NCBI GenBank assembly: GCA_950097015.1
Contig: CATNEN010000002.1
Span: 4,402,001-4,466,000 of the forward strand
DNA: 64,000 nucleotides
Source of the DNA: Macrostomum hystrix
Taxonomy: Eukaryota; Animalia; Platyhelminthes
Direction: 5' to 3'
Shown here piece by piece: positions 1 to 12,698 of this stretch; positions within the stretch are counted from its first letter, which is position 1, and the number at the start of each line of letters is the position of its first letter. The translations under genes were made by a program, and so were the position numbers. The notes under the pieces were generated by a model. The model was not told the origin of the DNA. It ran no database searches and saw nothing but the letters and a program-made list of their open reading frames with translations.

Positions 1-29
1 AAATTTTCATGCAAGTATAGGACAGGACG

Positions 30-1010
30 GAAGAAAGGGCAGTAAATAGGAAAGGACAGGACAAGACAGAGTACAGGATAGGACAGGACATAGGATAGGA
101 TAGAGGACAAGAACGGGAAAAGGACAGGATAGGACAGGATAAGGACAGGATAGGACAGGACAGAGGACAGGATAGGACAGGACAGAGGACAGGATAGGAC
201 AGGATAGGACAGAATAGGACAAGAAAGAGGACAGGATAGGACAGGACAGAGGACAGGATAGGGCAGGACAGAGTACAGGATAGGACAGGACAGAGGACAG
301 GATAGGACAGGAAAGAGGACAGGATAGGACAGGACAAAGACAGGACAGAGGACAGGATAGGACAGGACACAGACAGGACAGAGGACAGGATAGGACAGGA
401 TAGGACAGGATAGGACAGGAAAGAGGACAGGATAGGACAGGCCAGAGGACTGGACAGAGGACAGGATAGGATTGGATAGGACAGGACACAGGACAGGATA
501 GGACAGGATAGAACAGGATAAGGACAGGATAAGGACAGGATAGGACAGGATAGGACAGAATAGGACAAGAAAGAGGACAGGATAGGACAGGACAGAGGAC
601 AGGATAGGGCAGGACAGAGGACAGGATAGGACAGGACAGAGGACAGGATAGGACAGGAAAGAGGACAGGATAGGACAGGACACAGACAGGACAGAGGACA
701 GGATAGGACAGGACACAGGACAGGACAGAGGACAGGATAGGACAGGACACAGACAGGACAGAGGACAGGATAGGACAGGATAGGACAGGATAGGACATTA
801 CAGAGGACAGGATAGGATTGGATAGGACAGGACACAGGACAGGATAGGACAGGATAGAACAGGATAAGGACAGGATAAGGACAGGATAGGACAGGATAGG
901 ACAGGACACAGGACAGGATAGGACAGGATAGAACAGGATAAGGACATGATAAGGACTGGATAGGACAGGATAGGACAGGATAGGACAGGACAGAGGACAA
1001 ACAGAGCACA
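30..1010. repeat. GGACA/GGATA pentamer-based simple satellite
   Basis: Near-continuous GGACA, GGATA and GACAGA units. Blocks recur about 346 bp apart (e.g. ATTGGATAGGACAGGACACAGG near 471 and 817). The ORF 7..909 is a by-product. Confidence 0.97.
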
Positions 1011-1649
1011 GGACGGGGCAGATGATAATGCGTGGTTAGTTAAACCTATGCCAGAAATGCAACTGCCAGGGAAAGCCGTGGCCTCCTGCAGCCTGCATCC
1101 AGGGGGAATCCTATGCTAACACTTGACGCAGAAGGGAGAAATGAGAAGGAGAGATGGATAGAAATAAATTTGCATAGCAATGAAATGGTCCCTAGGAAAT
1201 AGCTTAGAAATTGTGCTAAAGAGAGTTTTTTTAGGACTCGAGATTGATATTCGCAGTAATTGCAGTTGGGGAGGGAGGGAGTTTTGCATCCGAATTAAAG
1301 GAATGAAATGTGCTCAGCTGGGCTCGCACTGGGGTCCCAAGCCTCACAATCTGGGACGGAGGTGAATTGACACTTTCCCGGGACTCAATGCGAAAGAAGC
1401 ACTTTTATTAAAAATCTGTTTTTGCTGCTCCTCTGAAAGGTATCCTGCCTGTCTACAGTGCTCAGTTAAGATGCATTAAATTCATTATCTTGCTCTTTGA
1501 TTCTGCGTCACAGACTGCACTCAGGGCTGCAGCTGAATTATAAAATGCGATGGATTTAAACGAGGTTAGATCTGCTCCATACAATGCGGAATTCCATTCG
1601 ATAAGACAAAATGGATATTTATTTGTACGCGGTCTTATCATTTAAAAAA

Positions 1650-4600
1650 TGGGTTGCTGCATGTTAGACAATCTATGCTACATGTTAGACAATCTATGCA
1701 ACCTGTTAGACAATCTATGCTACATGTTAGACAATCTATGCAACCTGTTAGACAATCTATGCTACATGTTAGACAATCTATGCAACCTGTTAGACAATCT
1801 ATGCTACATGTTAGACAATCTATGCAACCTGTTAGACAATCTATGCTACATGTTAGACAATCTATGCAACCTGTTAGACAATCTATGCAACCTGTTAGAC
1901 AATCTATGCAACCTGTTACACAATCTATGCAACCTGTTAGACAATCTATGCAACCTGTTAGACAATCTATGCAACCTGTTAGACAATATATGTAACTGTT
2001 AGACAGTCTGCGTAACCTGTTAGACAATCTATGCAACCTGTTAGACAATCTATGCTACATGTTAGAGAATCTATGCAACCTGTTAGACAATCTATGCTAC
2101 ATGTTAGACAATCTATGCAACCTGTTAGACAATCTATGCAACCTGTTAGACAATCTATGCAACCTGTTAGACAATCTATGCAACCTGTTAGACAATCTAT
2201 GCAACCTGTTACACAATCTATGCAACCTGTTAGACAATCTATGCAACCTATTAGACAATCTATGCAACCTGTTAGACAATATATGTAACTGTTAGACAGT
2301 CTGCGTAACCTGTTAGACAATCTATGCAACCTATTAGACAATCTATGCAACCTGTTAGACAATCTATGCAACCTGTTAGACAATCTATGCAACCTGTTAG
2401 ACAATCTATGCAACCTATTAGACAATCTATGCAACCTATTAGACAATCTATGCAACCTGTTAGACAATATATGTAACTGTTAGACAGTCTGCGTAACCTG
2501 TTAGACAATCTATGCAACCTGTTAGACAATATATGTAACCTGTTAGACAGTCTGTGTAACCTGTTAGACAATCTATGCAACCTGTTAGACAATCTATGCA
2601 ACCTATTAGACAATCTATGCAACCTGTTAGACAATATATGTAACTGTTAGACAGTCTGCGTAACCTGTTAGACAATATATGTAACCTGTTAGACAGTCTG
2701 CGTAACCTGTTAGACAATCTATGTAACCTGTTAGACAATCTATGCAACCTGTTAGACAATCTGTGTAACCTGTTAGACAATCTATGTAACCTATTAGACA
2801 ATATATGCAACCTGTTAGACAATCTATTCAACCTGTTAGACAATCTGTGTAACCTGTTAGACAATCTATACAACCTGTTAGACAATCTGTGTAACCTGTT
2901 AGACAATCTATACAACCTGTTAGACAATCTGTGTAACCTGTTAGACAATCTATGCAACCTGTTAGACAATATATGTAACCTGTTAGACAGTCTGCGTAAC
3001 CTGTTAGACAATATATGTAACCTGTTAGACAGTCTGCGTAACCTGTTAGACAATATATGTAACCTGTTAGACAATCTATGCAACCTGTTAGACAACAATC
3101 TGTGTAACCTGTTAGACAATATACGTACGTAACCTATTAGACAATCTATGTAACCTGTTAGACAATATATGCAACCTGTTAAACAATCTATGCAACCTGT
3201 TAGGCAATCTATGCAACCTGTTACACAATCTATGTAACCTATTAGACAATATATGCAACCTGTTAGACAATCTATACAACCTGTTAGACAATCTGTGTAA
3301 CCTGTTAGACAATCTATGCAACCTGTTAGACAATATATGTAACCTGTTAGACAGTCTGCGTAACCTGTTAGACAATCTATGCAACCTGTTAGACAATCTA
3401 TGCTACATGTTAGAGAATCTATGCAACCTGTTAGACAATCTATGCTACATGTTAGACAATCTATGCAACCTGTTAGACAATCTATGCAACCTGTTAGACA
3501 ATCTATGCAACCTGTTAGACAATCTATGCAACCTGTTAGACAATCTATGCAACCTGTTACACAATCTATGCAACCTGTTAGACAATCTATGCAACCTATT
3601 AGACAATCTATGCAACCTGTTAGACAATATATGTAACTGTTAGACAGTCTGCGTAACCTGTTAGACAATCTATGCAACCTATTAGACAATCTATGCAACC
3701 TGTTAGACAATCTATGCAACCTGTTAGACAATCTATGCAACCTGTTAGACAATCTATGCAACCTATTAGACAATCTATGCAACCTATTAGACAATCTATG
3801 CAACCTGTTAGACAATATATGTAACTGTTAGACAGTCTGCGTAACCTGTTAGACAATCTATGCAACCTGTTAGACAATATATGTAACCTGTTAGACAGTC
3901 TGTGTAACCTGTTAGACAATCTATGCAACCTGTTAGACAATCTATGCAACCTATTAGACAATCTATGCAACCTGTTAGACAATATATGTAACTGTTAGAC
4001 AGTCTGCGTAACCTGTTAGACAATATATGTAACCTGTTAGACAGTCTGCGTAACCTGTTAGACAATCTATGTAACCTGTTAGACAATCTATGCAACCTGT
4101 TAGACAATCTGTGTAACCTGTTAGACAATCTATGTAACCTATTAGACAATATATGCAACCTGTTAGACAATCTATTCAACCTGTTAGACAATCTGTGTAA
4201 CCTGTTAGACAATCTATACAACCTGTTAGACAATCTGTGTAACCTGTTAGACAATCTATACAACCTGTTAGACAATCTGTGTAACCTGTTAGACAATCTA
4301 TGCAACCTGTTAGACAATATATGTAACCTGTTAGACAGTCTGCGTAACCTGTTAGACAATATATGTAACCTGTTAGACAGTCTGCGTAACCTGTTAGACA
4401 ATATATGTAACCTGTTAGACAATCTATGCAACCTGTTAGACAACAATCTGTGTAACCTGTTAGACAATATACGTACGTAACCTATTAGACAATCTATGTA
4501 ACCTGTTAGACAATATATGCAACCTGTTAAACAATCTATGCAACCTGTTAGGCAATCTATGCAACCTGTTACACAATCTATGTAACCTATTAGACAATAT

Positions 4601-7135
4601 ATGCAACCTGTTAGACAATCTATACAACCTGTTAGACAATCTGTGTAACCTGTTAGACAATCTGTGTAACCTGTTAGACAATCTATACAACCTGTTAGAC
4701 AATCTGTGTAACCTGTTAGACAATCTATGTAACCTGTTAGACAATCTATGCAACCTGTTAGACAATCTGTGTAACCTGTTAGACAATATATGTAACCTGT
4801 TAGACAATCTATGCAACCTATTAGACAATCTATGCAACCTGTTAGACAATCTATGCAACCTGTTAGACAATCTATGCAACCTGTTACACAATCTATGCAA
4901 CCTGTTAGACAATCTATGCAACCTGTTAGACAATCTATGCAACCTGTTAGACAATATATGTAACTGTTAGACAGTCTGCGTAACCTGTTAGACAATCTAT
5001 GCAACCTGTTAGACAATCTATGCTACATGTTAGAGAATCTATGCAACCTGTTAGACAATCTATGCTACATGTTAGACAATCTATGCAACCTGTTAGACAA
5101 TCTATGCAACCTGTTAGACAATCTATGCAACCTGTTAGACAATCTATGCAACCTGTTACACAATCTATGCAACCTGTTAGACAATCTATGCAACCTGTTA
5201 GACAATCTATGCAACCTGTTAGACAATCTATGCAACCTATTAGACAATCTATGCAACCTATTAGACAATCTATGCAACCTGTTAGACAATATATGTAACT
5301 GTTAGACAGTCTGCGTAACCTGTTAGACAATCTATGCAACCTGTTAGACAATATATGTAACCTGTTAGACAGTCTGTGTAACCTGTTAGACAATCTATGC
5401 AACCTGTTAGACAATCTATGCAACCTATTAGACAATCTATGCAACCTGTTAGACAATATATGTAACTGTTAGACAGTCTGCGTAACCTGTTAGACAATAT
5501 ATGTAACCTGTTAGACAGTCTGCGTAACCTGTTAGACAATCTATGCAACCTGTTAGACAATCTATGCAACCTGTTAGACAATCTATGCAACCTGTTAGAC
5601 AATCTATGCAACCTGTTACACAATCTATGCAACCTGTTAGACAATCTATGCAACCTATTAGACAATCTATGCAACCTGTTAGACAATATATGTAACTGTT
5701 AGACAGTCTGCGTAACCTGTTAGACAATCTATGTAACCTGTTAGACAATCTATGCAACCTGTTAGACAATCTATGCAACCTGTTAGACAATCTATGCAAC
5801 CTGTTAGACAATCTATGCAACCTATTAGACAATCTATGCAACCTATTAGACAATCTATGCAACCTGTTAGACAATATATGTAACTGTTAGACAGTCTGCG
5901 TAACCTGTTAGACAATCTATGCAACCTGTTAGACAATATATGTAACCTGTTAGACAGTCTGTGTAACCTGTTAGACAATCTATGCAACCTGTTAGACAAT
6001 CTATGCAACCTATTAGACAATCTATGCAACCTGTTAGACAATATATGTAACTGTTAGACAGTCTGCGTAACCTGTTAGACAATATATGTAACCTGTTAGA
6101 CAGTCTGCGTAACCTGTTAGACAATCTATGTAACCTGTTAGACAATCTATGCAACCTGTTAGACAATCTGTGTAACCTGTTAGACAATCTATGTAACCTA
6201 TTAGACAATATATGCAACCTGTTAGACAATCTATTCAACCTGTTAGACAATCTGTGTAACCTGTTAGACAATCTATACAACCTGTTAGACAATCTGTGTA
6301 ACCTGTTAGACAATCTATACAACCTGTTAGACAATCTGTGTAACCTGTTAGACAATCTATGCAACCTGTTAGACAATATATGTAACCTGTTAGACAGTCT
6401 GCGTAACCTGTTAGACAATATATGTAACCTGTTAGACAGTCTGCGTAACCTGTTAAACAATATATGTAACCTGTTAGACAATCTATGCAACCTGTTAGAC
6501 AACAATCTGTGTAACCTGTTAGACAATATACGTACGTAACCTATTAGACAATCTATGTAACCTGTTAGACAATATATGCAACCTGTTAAACAATCTATGC
6601 AACCTGTTAGGCAATCTATGCAACCTGTTACACAATCTATGTAACCTATTAGACAATATATGCAACCTGTTAGACAATCTATACAACCTGTTAGACAATC
6701 TGTGTAACCTGTTAGACAATCTGTGTAACCTGTTAGACAATCTATACAACTTGTTAGACAATCTGTGTAACCTGTTAGACAATCTATGTAACCTGTTAGA
6801 CAATCTATGCAACCTGTTAGACAATCTGTGTAACCTGTTAGACAATATATGTAACCTGTTAGACAATCTATGCAACCTATTAGACAATCTATGCAACCTG
6901 TTAGACAATCTATGCAACCTGTTAGACAATATATGCAACCTGTTAGACAATCTATGCAACCTATTAGACAATCTATGCAACCTGTTAGACAATATATGTA
7001 ACCTGTTAGACAATCTGTGTAACCTATTAGACAATCTATGCAACCTGTTAGACAATATATGTAAAATTTTAGACAATCTGTGTAACCTGTTAGATAATCT
7101 GTGTAACCTGTTAGACAGTCTGCGTAACCTGTGTA
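1650..7135. repeat. 21-bp tandem satellite (GCAACCTGTTAGACAATCTAT) with higher-order structure, inside a glutamate receptor intron
   Basis: About 260 monomers. Diagnostic variants (ATATACGTACGTAACC, GACAACAATCTG) recur near 3100, 4450 and 6510. Degenerate monomers persist at about 7352-7440. Confidence 0.98.
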
Positions 7136-7140
7136 ACGCC

Positions 7141-7236
7141 CGCACAGGTGTGTACATCTGCCCTGACTTTCTCCTCGTCAGGCTCTGTACATTTCACTGT
7201 GCCTTGGAGGTTGGCCCTCAATGGCGTAAATTGCAG
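7141..7236 (-). mobile_element. tRNA-derived SINE family A, internal fragment
   Basis: Matches the GTGTACATCTGCCCTGAC...CACTGTGCCTTGGAGGTTGGCCCTCA core of the copies at 14465, 25390, 44783 and 51171. Confidence 0.8.
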
Positions 7237-7466
7237 GAATTTGGAATTGCACCTAATCTGGAGGTGCTACCTTTTACACAATTTTTACCAGTTCACACAC
7301 TTACGTGTTAAGTGTCCTCTCGCTTCTTTAATTGTTAGAATAAGATATTCGCCTATTAGACAGGCTTCTACCTGTTACACAGCAGTGTCTCCTAGTGAAC
7401 AAGGTCGTGTCACATGGCGCCTCACAGTTCTAACAAGCTATTAGACATGGAGTGAGCAAGACTCAC

Positions 7467-7737
7467 CCCCTGGCTCCGGGCCTCCTTCCCAGGCACAATC
7501 TTCGACCACAAGTCGATCTTCTGTCGCATCTGGTCAGTGAAATCGTTGGTGCTCAGCAGGTTGGTAAGGGTGGCGGCCAGATCTCGACCTGGCTTCAGTA
7601 GAAGGGGGCTGATGGCAGCGATGTAGCCGACTCTGCCAAACGGTTTGCCGACAACCTCGATGCTCTTGGCTTGATTGGTTTTGAGCAGGTACTGGAGCAG
7701 CTCAGTTTCGTACAGGAAGGCTCCGATTTCGCCGCGG
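7467..7737 (-). CDS. NMDA-type iGluR exon, S2 ligand-binding lobe (last exon visible in the window)
   Basis: Hand translation: RGEIGAFLYETELLQYLLKTNQAKSIEVVGKPFGRVGYIAAISPLL...QKIDLWSKIVPGKE. Matches the S2 xAFIxD/E...G..F...GY pattern. AG acceptor at 7739-7738 and GTGAGT donor at 7466; phase matches the upstream exon. Confidence 0.85.
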
Positions 7738-7961
7738 CTTTGTTCAATTGTTAACGGGAGTGAAAGGAGTGGCTTTTAGTTTTGTTGAAACTTTTCATGC
7801 TTTATAGTGTCAACTGCAACTTTTTCGATACATATCGGCTAGTCATGGCCTTATTAACATTGCATACCAAAGCTCCCGAACTTTTTAGACGGAGTTATGC
7901 GATGGCACGCCCTATGGGGCCAATAACTCTATATTGTTTATCTAAACAGCTACTTTATCTA

Positions 7962-8295
7962 AGAGGTTGTAGCCTAGTGAGAGGTTGTAGCCTAGTGGTT
8001 AGGGCGTCGGACTTACGACTTGAAGGTCGGGGGTTCGATTCCCGACTCCACTGAAACAATTTGTGTCCTTTAGCAAGACACTTAACTCTGCATTGCTTCA
8101 GTTCACCCAGCTGTTAAATGGGTACCAGCATCAGCTGGGATAATTGAAGGTGGGTGTGGCGTCCCCTCAGTCCGTGGACTGAACAGCTGTACGCAGCCTT
8201 CAGATGCGCCGCGCATTAGCTGCGGCTGTGCTGTCGGCTGCACATCTGGCCCGATTGGGGCAGGTGTAATAAATTATTATTATTATTAATTATTA
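7962..8295 (+). mobile_element. tRNA-derived CORE-SINE (family B), full length
   Basis: A box (TAGCCTAGTGG), B box (GTTCGATTCC), CORE-like TGTGTCCTTTAGCAAGACACTTAAC...CTTCAGTTCACCCAGCTGTTAAATGGG, and an (ATT)n tail. The first 18 bp are duplicated. Confidence 0.9.
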
Positions 8296-9162
8296 CTCTA
8301 TATGAAAGTAAACGAATAGCGATGTCAGGGCAATGAGAAAGTCCGTGCCGATGTCTTAATTGTTCGTGTAGTATGCGTACTCAAAATGGCCTCCTTACTA
8401 CCTTCAGGTTGATTTTACATACAATTGTAAATTTTAATTCTGGTAGAAGAAAATTAGCTAACTGCTGTGCTAATTTACCAAATGAGGTGAATGCTTCGTC
8501 AAGTTTCGGATAAATTTGTCAATTTTTGGGATAATCAAGCAAATGAGGGAGATTATTTACCAACTTTGGGATAATTTTCAACAAAAGCTTGAGGAATTAT
8601 ATAAGGATTTTCCAACTTGGGAAAACGTATGAACTTGGGAGAGCCAGAGCCTATGAGAATCCCAAAAAGTTCCCATATCCAAGCCCCAATTCGCCGATTT
8701 TCCCCGTTCAGCCACCTAACTCCCAACAGCCTTCAAAAGCAGCATCTTCCATAAAGTATTTTTTTCTCATAAGCTGATAGAAGTCGAATGGATGGCTCAC
8801 GAACCCGTGTGTCTTATTTATTGAAACTGAATAACTGATGCGGCCTGACTGTCAGTTTGCGCCAGCGAGTTTTCGTATTTTTTTTATCGGCCCCAATCAA
8901 TCCGGATAGTCCCCCAGATCGACACTTCTATCAAACTCGCGTTCTCTTATCGCACTTCTATCATAGATGGCAGCACAGAGACATCAAATATTTGCATTAT
9001 AACCAATTCATTTAAGTGAAGATATCTCATCAACGGCCGACATAATACTGCTAAAAACTTTGCATCGGAAAAGGGGCATATACTCGAATGTACTTTTATA
9101 ATAATTAAATTGTTTAACCTTATTTGAAAAACGAATGTAGAAAATAATATGAGCAGGCTTAC

Positions 9163-9296
9163 CTCAAAGCAACCATGGCTTCATCGGCCGTAGTGAAGAA
9201 CTTCATGAACTTAAAGAGGTTGGGGTGCGTTCTGTTCAGCTCCACCTCGGTGCCGCTGCCAGTCACCGTGCCAAGAAGGATTTCACCTCGCTGAAT
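9163..9296 (-). CDS. NMDA-type iGluR exon, start of S2
   Basis: IQRGEILLGTVTGSGTEVELNRTHPNLFKFMKFFTTADEAMVAL(S) carries the GTV.GS.TE motif. CAG acceptor and GTAAGC donor; phases 0 and 2 fit both neighbours. Confidence 0.88.
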
Positions 9297-9319
9297 CTGA
9301 GAGAAAAAGGTGATAGTAA

Positions 9320-9836
9320 ATGAATGCTGCTGCTACTTCTACTGCCAATGCTATCGATACTGCATCTGCTGCTGCTGCTACTACTTTATCTACCAGTGCT
9401 ACTGATGCTGCTGCTGCTGCTGCTACTACTTTATCTACCAGTGCTACTGATGCTGCTGCTGCTGCTGCTACTACTTTATCTAATAGTGCTACTGTTGCTG
9501 CTGCTGCTGCTGCTACTACTTTATCTAATAGTGCTACTGATGCTGCTGCTGCTGCTGCTACTACTTTATCTACCAGTGCTACTGATGCTGCTGCTGCTGC
9601 TGCTTTATCTAACAGTGCTGCTGATGCTGCTGCTACTGCTGCTGCTACTACTTTATCTACCAGTGCTACTGATGCTGCTGCTGCTGCTGCTTTATCTACC
9701 AGTGCTACTGATGCTGCTGCTGCTGCTGCTTTATCTACCAGTGCTACTGATGCTGCTGCTGCTGCTGCTGCTGCTACTTTATCTACCAGTGCTACTGATG
9801 CTGCTGCTGCTGCTGCTTTATCTACCAGTGCTACTG

Positions 9837-9871
<35 letters not shown>

Positions 9872-9904
9872 ACTTTATCTACCAGTGCTGCTGCTGCTGC
9901 TGCT
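9320..9904. repeat. (GCT)n-rich minisatellite (ACTTTATCTACCAGTGCTACTGAT(GCT)n), split by a LINE
   Basis: Units of variable GCT length. The same unit resumes at 12699-12760 beyond the LINE. Confidence 0.93.
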
Positions 9905-12698
9905 GTTGTTGTTGTTGTTGTTGCCGGCGCTCACGCCGAGGGGGGCGGGCTGAGACCCGTCCTCCTCGCCAGCGTGACCACGGCTGCTGGGCTGGTAGCG
10001 AGGACTTCAAGCTGGGGCACTGGCGTCCCAAACACTGCCGTCCTGACGGCGTACAGTGCCGGGCATTCCGCCAGCCAGTGCTCCACGGTTTCGGGCGCCT
10101 CTCCGCAGCGCTGGCAGGTGGGGTCCGCTGCTGGGTTAACCACCTGGCTGTAGGCGCGGAGGGCGCTGCAGTGGCCCGCTCTGAGGCGGGCGAGGAGGAC
10201 GGCGTCCCGGCGGCAGCTGATCTCACGGCGGTCGCGTTCCTCCGAGTGACCGGCATATGCGAGCGCCGTGCGGGCGTGCTGTCGCGGGGGGTCCAGGATG
10301 GAGCGGCTGATGAGTGCTCTGGCGCAGGCAAAGGTGGCCGGCAGCGGCGCGGGACCTGGCTCAGCGGCCGCGGCCGCGCCGGCCAGGGCGTCGGCCAGCT
10401 CGTTGCCTGGCAGGCCGCAGTGCCCAGGGACCCATTGCAGGGTGGTGGGCCCGCGGCGCTCGTTTAGCAGCCTGCAGAGAGGCAGTACGCTCGAGTTTAG
10501 GCTGTCCAGGGCGGTCAAGAGGGCCCGGCTGTCGGTGGCAATGGTGACCTGCCCCTCCGGGCCGTGGTCAGCCAGCCAGCGCAGGGCGCAAGACATGGCC
10601 TGCAGCTCCTCCTGGAAAGAAGAGGTCAGCTCGTGGCCTCGACCGCTCGCCTGGAACTGGGCCACCGGGAGCTCCGGGTCGCCGGTCGTAACGGCGAAGG
10701 CATGAGCGCCGTTCCTGGTGCCCTCGGCTGCTGAGCCGTCGGTATAAATGGTGACAATGCCCTGGTGACTGCGGATGGCTTCAACTGCGGCGCGGCGGAG
10801 GGCCGGCTGGCTTTCTTCCTTGGTGAGGCCGCCAGGCAGGTCGCAGCAGACCCGCCAGCCCGCCCGGCTGAGTTCCCAGGGCGGCAGGTCGGTGCGGGTG
10901 AAAGGAGCACGGGAGGCCAGGGCGGGTGGGAGCGACGCCGCCAGCAGATTGGCGGCGCGGCGCCAGCTGGAGCGCACGAGGCGATGTGGTGTCACTCCTG
11001 AGGCGGCGAGGCGGGCCGGGTGCGAGTCGGGCAGGCGGAGGGCGCGCTCCAGGCTGGTGGCGACCAGGCGGTTGCTGGTGGTGCGGTAGGTCGGGAGGCC
11101 CGCTTCCGCGTGGAGGGCCTCGAGCGGGGAGGACCTCAGCTGGCCGGTGACAATGCGCAGGGCCGAGTTCTGCGCGCGCTCCAGGCGGTCGAACACGGTG
11201 TCCGAGAGCCAGGGCTGCCAAGCGGGGGCGGCGAAATTGAGCACGCTCTGCTGCATCGCGAGGTAGCAGCGGCGGAGCGACTCCTTGCACCAGCCCCAGT
11301 CTCTGGCGGCCAGGCACATCAGCATGCGGTTGCGGGCTGCAACGCGGCGGGTGACCTCTGTCACATGCTTGGAGAAAGACAGGACGCGGTCCAGGAAGAC
11401 GCCCAGGAAGCGCGGGGTGGCGTTGAAAGGCAGCTGACGATTGTCGATGGAAACGGCGGGTTGCCATTCGGCCTCCTGGGTAGCGGTGGAGAAAAAGGCC
11501 ACCTCGCTCTTCTCCACGTTCAGGAGCATCTTTCGTGAGCTGCTCCAGGCGGCAACGGCAGTCACGGCGACTTGCAGTTGCTGAGCCGCTGTCGATTTGT
11601 CGTGGTGCTGGGCCAGGAGAGCGACGTCGTCCGCGTACATGGAGTTGGAGACGCCCCGCGGGATGACTTCGACTACCTCATTGATGTACAGCAGGAAGAG
11701 GAGCGGGGCCAGGACAGAGCCTTGAGGCAGGCCCTGCCTCAGCCGAAAGCTGCGACTCTGGCTGCCGAGGATGTCGACACGGGCTTGTCTGTTCAGCAGG
11801 AAGCCGCCCGTCCAGCGCAGGAAGTGGCCGGGGATCCCTTTGTGATGCATGGAGAGCAGCAGCCGCTCGCGCCACACCCGGTCGTAGGCTCGCGAGTAGT
11901 CCAGCAGGGCCATGACCGCCCGCAAGGCCGGGCGGGCCTGGAAGCCGTCGCTGATCAGCTGCGTCACCCGGAGGACTAGGTCCTCACACGAGTGCAGCTG
12001 GCGGAACCCGGCCTGAGTGGGAGAGAGCCAGCCGCGCGTCTCGGCCAGGTGGTACAGCCTGGCGTGGACCATTCTCTCCAGGAGCTTGCCCACGCAGGAG
12101 GTGAGGCTGATCGGCCTGAAGGACGAGATGGCGCTCGCGGGCTTCCCGGATTTCAGGAGCGGGATGATGGTGGCGGTGCGCCAGCACTGCGGCGTCTGGC
12201 CTAGCCTGAAGGACAGGTTAAAAATATTCAGCAGGGCCGAGAGGGCCCTGGGCCCCAGGGCCTTCAGGAACGAGGGCGGAATGTCGTCTGGGCCCGGGGC
12301 GCCGTTGGTGCGCATCCGGCGAATGGCCGCCTTGAGCTCATCCATCGAGAAGGCAGAGCAGCTTGTGTCGTCGACAGCGGGGGAGCGCAGCAGGACCTTG
12401 ACTTGGCGGTTGATGGCGCGCTCCTCGGCCGTGAAAGCGAGGCGGCTGACGGACGCATAGAAGCCAGCAAAGGCGTTGGCCTTGCTGGACGGCGTGGTCA
12501 GGTTGCGGCCATTGTGGACCAGGGCCTCATTCGGGCTGTTGCAGTCCGGCGTGCCGCTCAGGGACCTGATGAGACGCCAGGACTTGCCAGGGTCCGGCGA
12601 AAACTCCATGTCGGCGAGGAAGTCGCGCCAAAGGGAGTCCTTGGCCTCGATCACCGCGCGGCGGGCCTCGGAGCAGGCCTCGATCCATTCCTGGCGTA
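9905..12698 (-). mobile_element. 5'-truncated non-LTR retrotransposon (I/Ingi-like group, RT-RNaseH-CCHC) with (CAA)n tail
   Basis: Uninterrupted ORF to the stop at 9931. Tail (AAC)6 at 9905-9922, 8 bp after the stop. (GCT)5 flanks both ends (9890-9904 and 12699-12713). The frame is open right up to the 5' junction and there is no endonuclease domain. Clade is inferred from domain order. Confidence 0.93.
9931..12654 (-). CDS. LINE ORF2 fragment: reverse transcriptase, RNase H, zinc knuckle
   Basis: Motifs [39 protein letters not shown]; RNase H YTDGS, TDS, WVPGHCGLPGNELAD; CQRC...ETVEHWLAEC. Confidence 0.95.
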   Translation of the reverse strand: MIEAKDSLWRDFLADMEFSPDPGKSWRLIRSLSGTPDCNSPNEALVHNGRNLTTPSSKANAFAGFYASVSRLAFTAEERAINRQVKVLLRSPAVDDTSCSAFSMDELKAAIRRMRTNGAPGPDDIPPSFLKALGPRALSALLNIFNLSFRLGQTPQCWRTATIIPLLKSGKPASAISSFRPISLTSCVGKLLERMVHARLYHLAETRGWLSPTQAGFRQLHSCEDLVLRVTQLISDGFQARPALRAVMALLDYSRAYDRVWRERLLLSMHHKGIPGHFLRWTGGFLLNRQARVDILGSQSRSFRLRQGLPQGSVLAPLLFLLYINEVVEVIPRGVSNSMYADDVALLAQHHDKSTAAQQLQVAVTAVAAWSSSRKMLLNVEKSEVAFFSTATQEAEWQPAVSIDNRQLPFNATPRFLGVFLDRVLSFSKHVTEVTRRVAARNRMLMCLAARDWGWCKESLRRCYLAMQQSVLNFAAPAWQPWLSDTVFDRLERAQNSALRIVTGQLRSSPLEALHAEAGLPTYRTTSNRLVATSLERALRLPDSHPARLAASGVTPHRLVRSSWRRAANLLAASLPPALASRAPFTRTDLPPWELSRAGWRVCCDLPGGLTKEESQPALRRAAVEAIRSHQGIVTIYTDGSAAEGTRNGAHAFAVTTGDPELPVAQFQASGRGHELTSSFQEELQAMSCALRWLADHGPEGQVTIATDSRALLTALDSLNSSVLPLCRLLNERRGPTTLQWVPGHCGLPGNELADALAGAAAAAEPGPAPLPATFACARALISRSILDPPRQHARTALAYAGHSEERDRREISCRRDAVLLARLRAGHCSALRAYSQVVNPAADPTCQRCGEAPETVEHWLAECPALYAVRTAVFGTPVPQLEVLATSPAAVVTLARRTGLSPPPSA

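Noticed and set aside
1055-1125. Second HDV-like motif (GGC-CTCCTGCA-GCC...GG...CTAA)
   Set aside because: P3/L3 and a CTAA are suggestive, but neither P1 nor a P2 longer than 3 bp can be closed. At most a decayed relic.
1460-1535. Candidate next iGluR exon (AAALSAVCDAESKSKIMNLMHLN)
   Set aside because: It hits a stop before any M4 helix; the true M4 exon is probably left of the window.
7165-7185. Hammerhead-like CTGACGA...GAAA in the SINE A loop (minus strand)
   Set aside because: Only 2-3 nt separate the motifs, so there is no stem II, and stems I and III are absent.
7-7311. Many long ORFs (SNRLHRL, LLDNLCN, SCPIL repeats)
   Set aside because: They are translations of 5-bp and 21-bp satellites that lack stops in some frames; no coding signal.
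7980-8055. tRNA genes at the SINE heads
   Set aside because: A and B boxes are present, but they continue into SINE bodies and tails in multiple diverged copies and form no proper cloverleaf.
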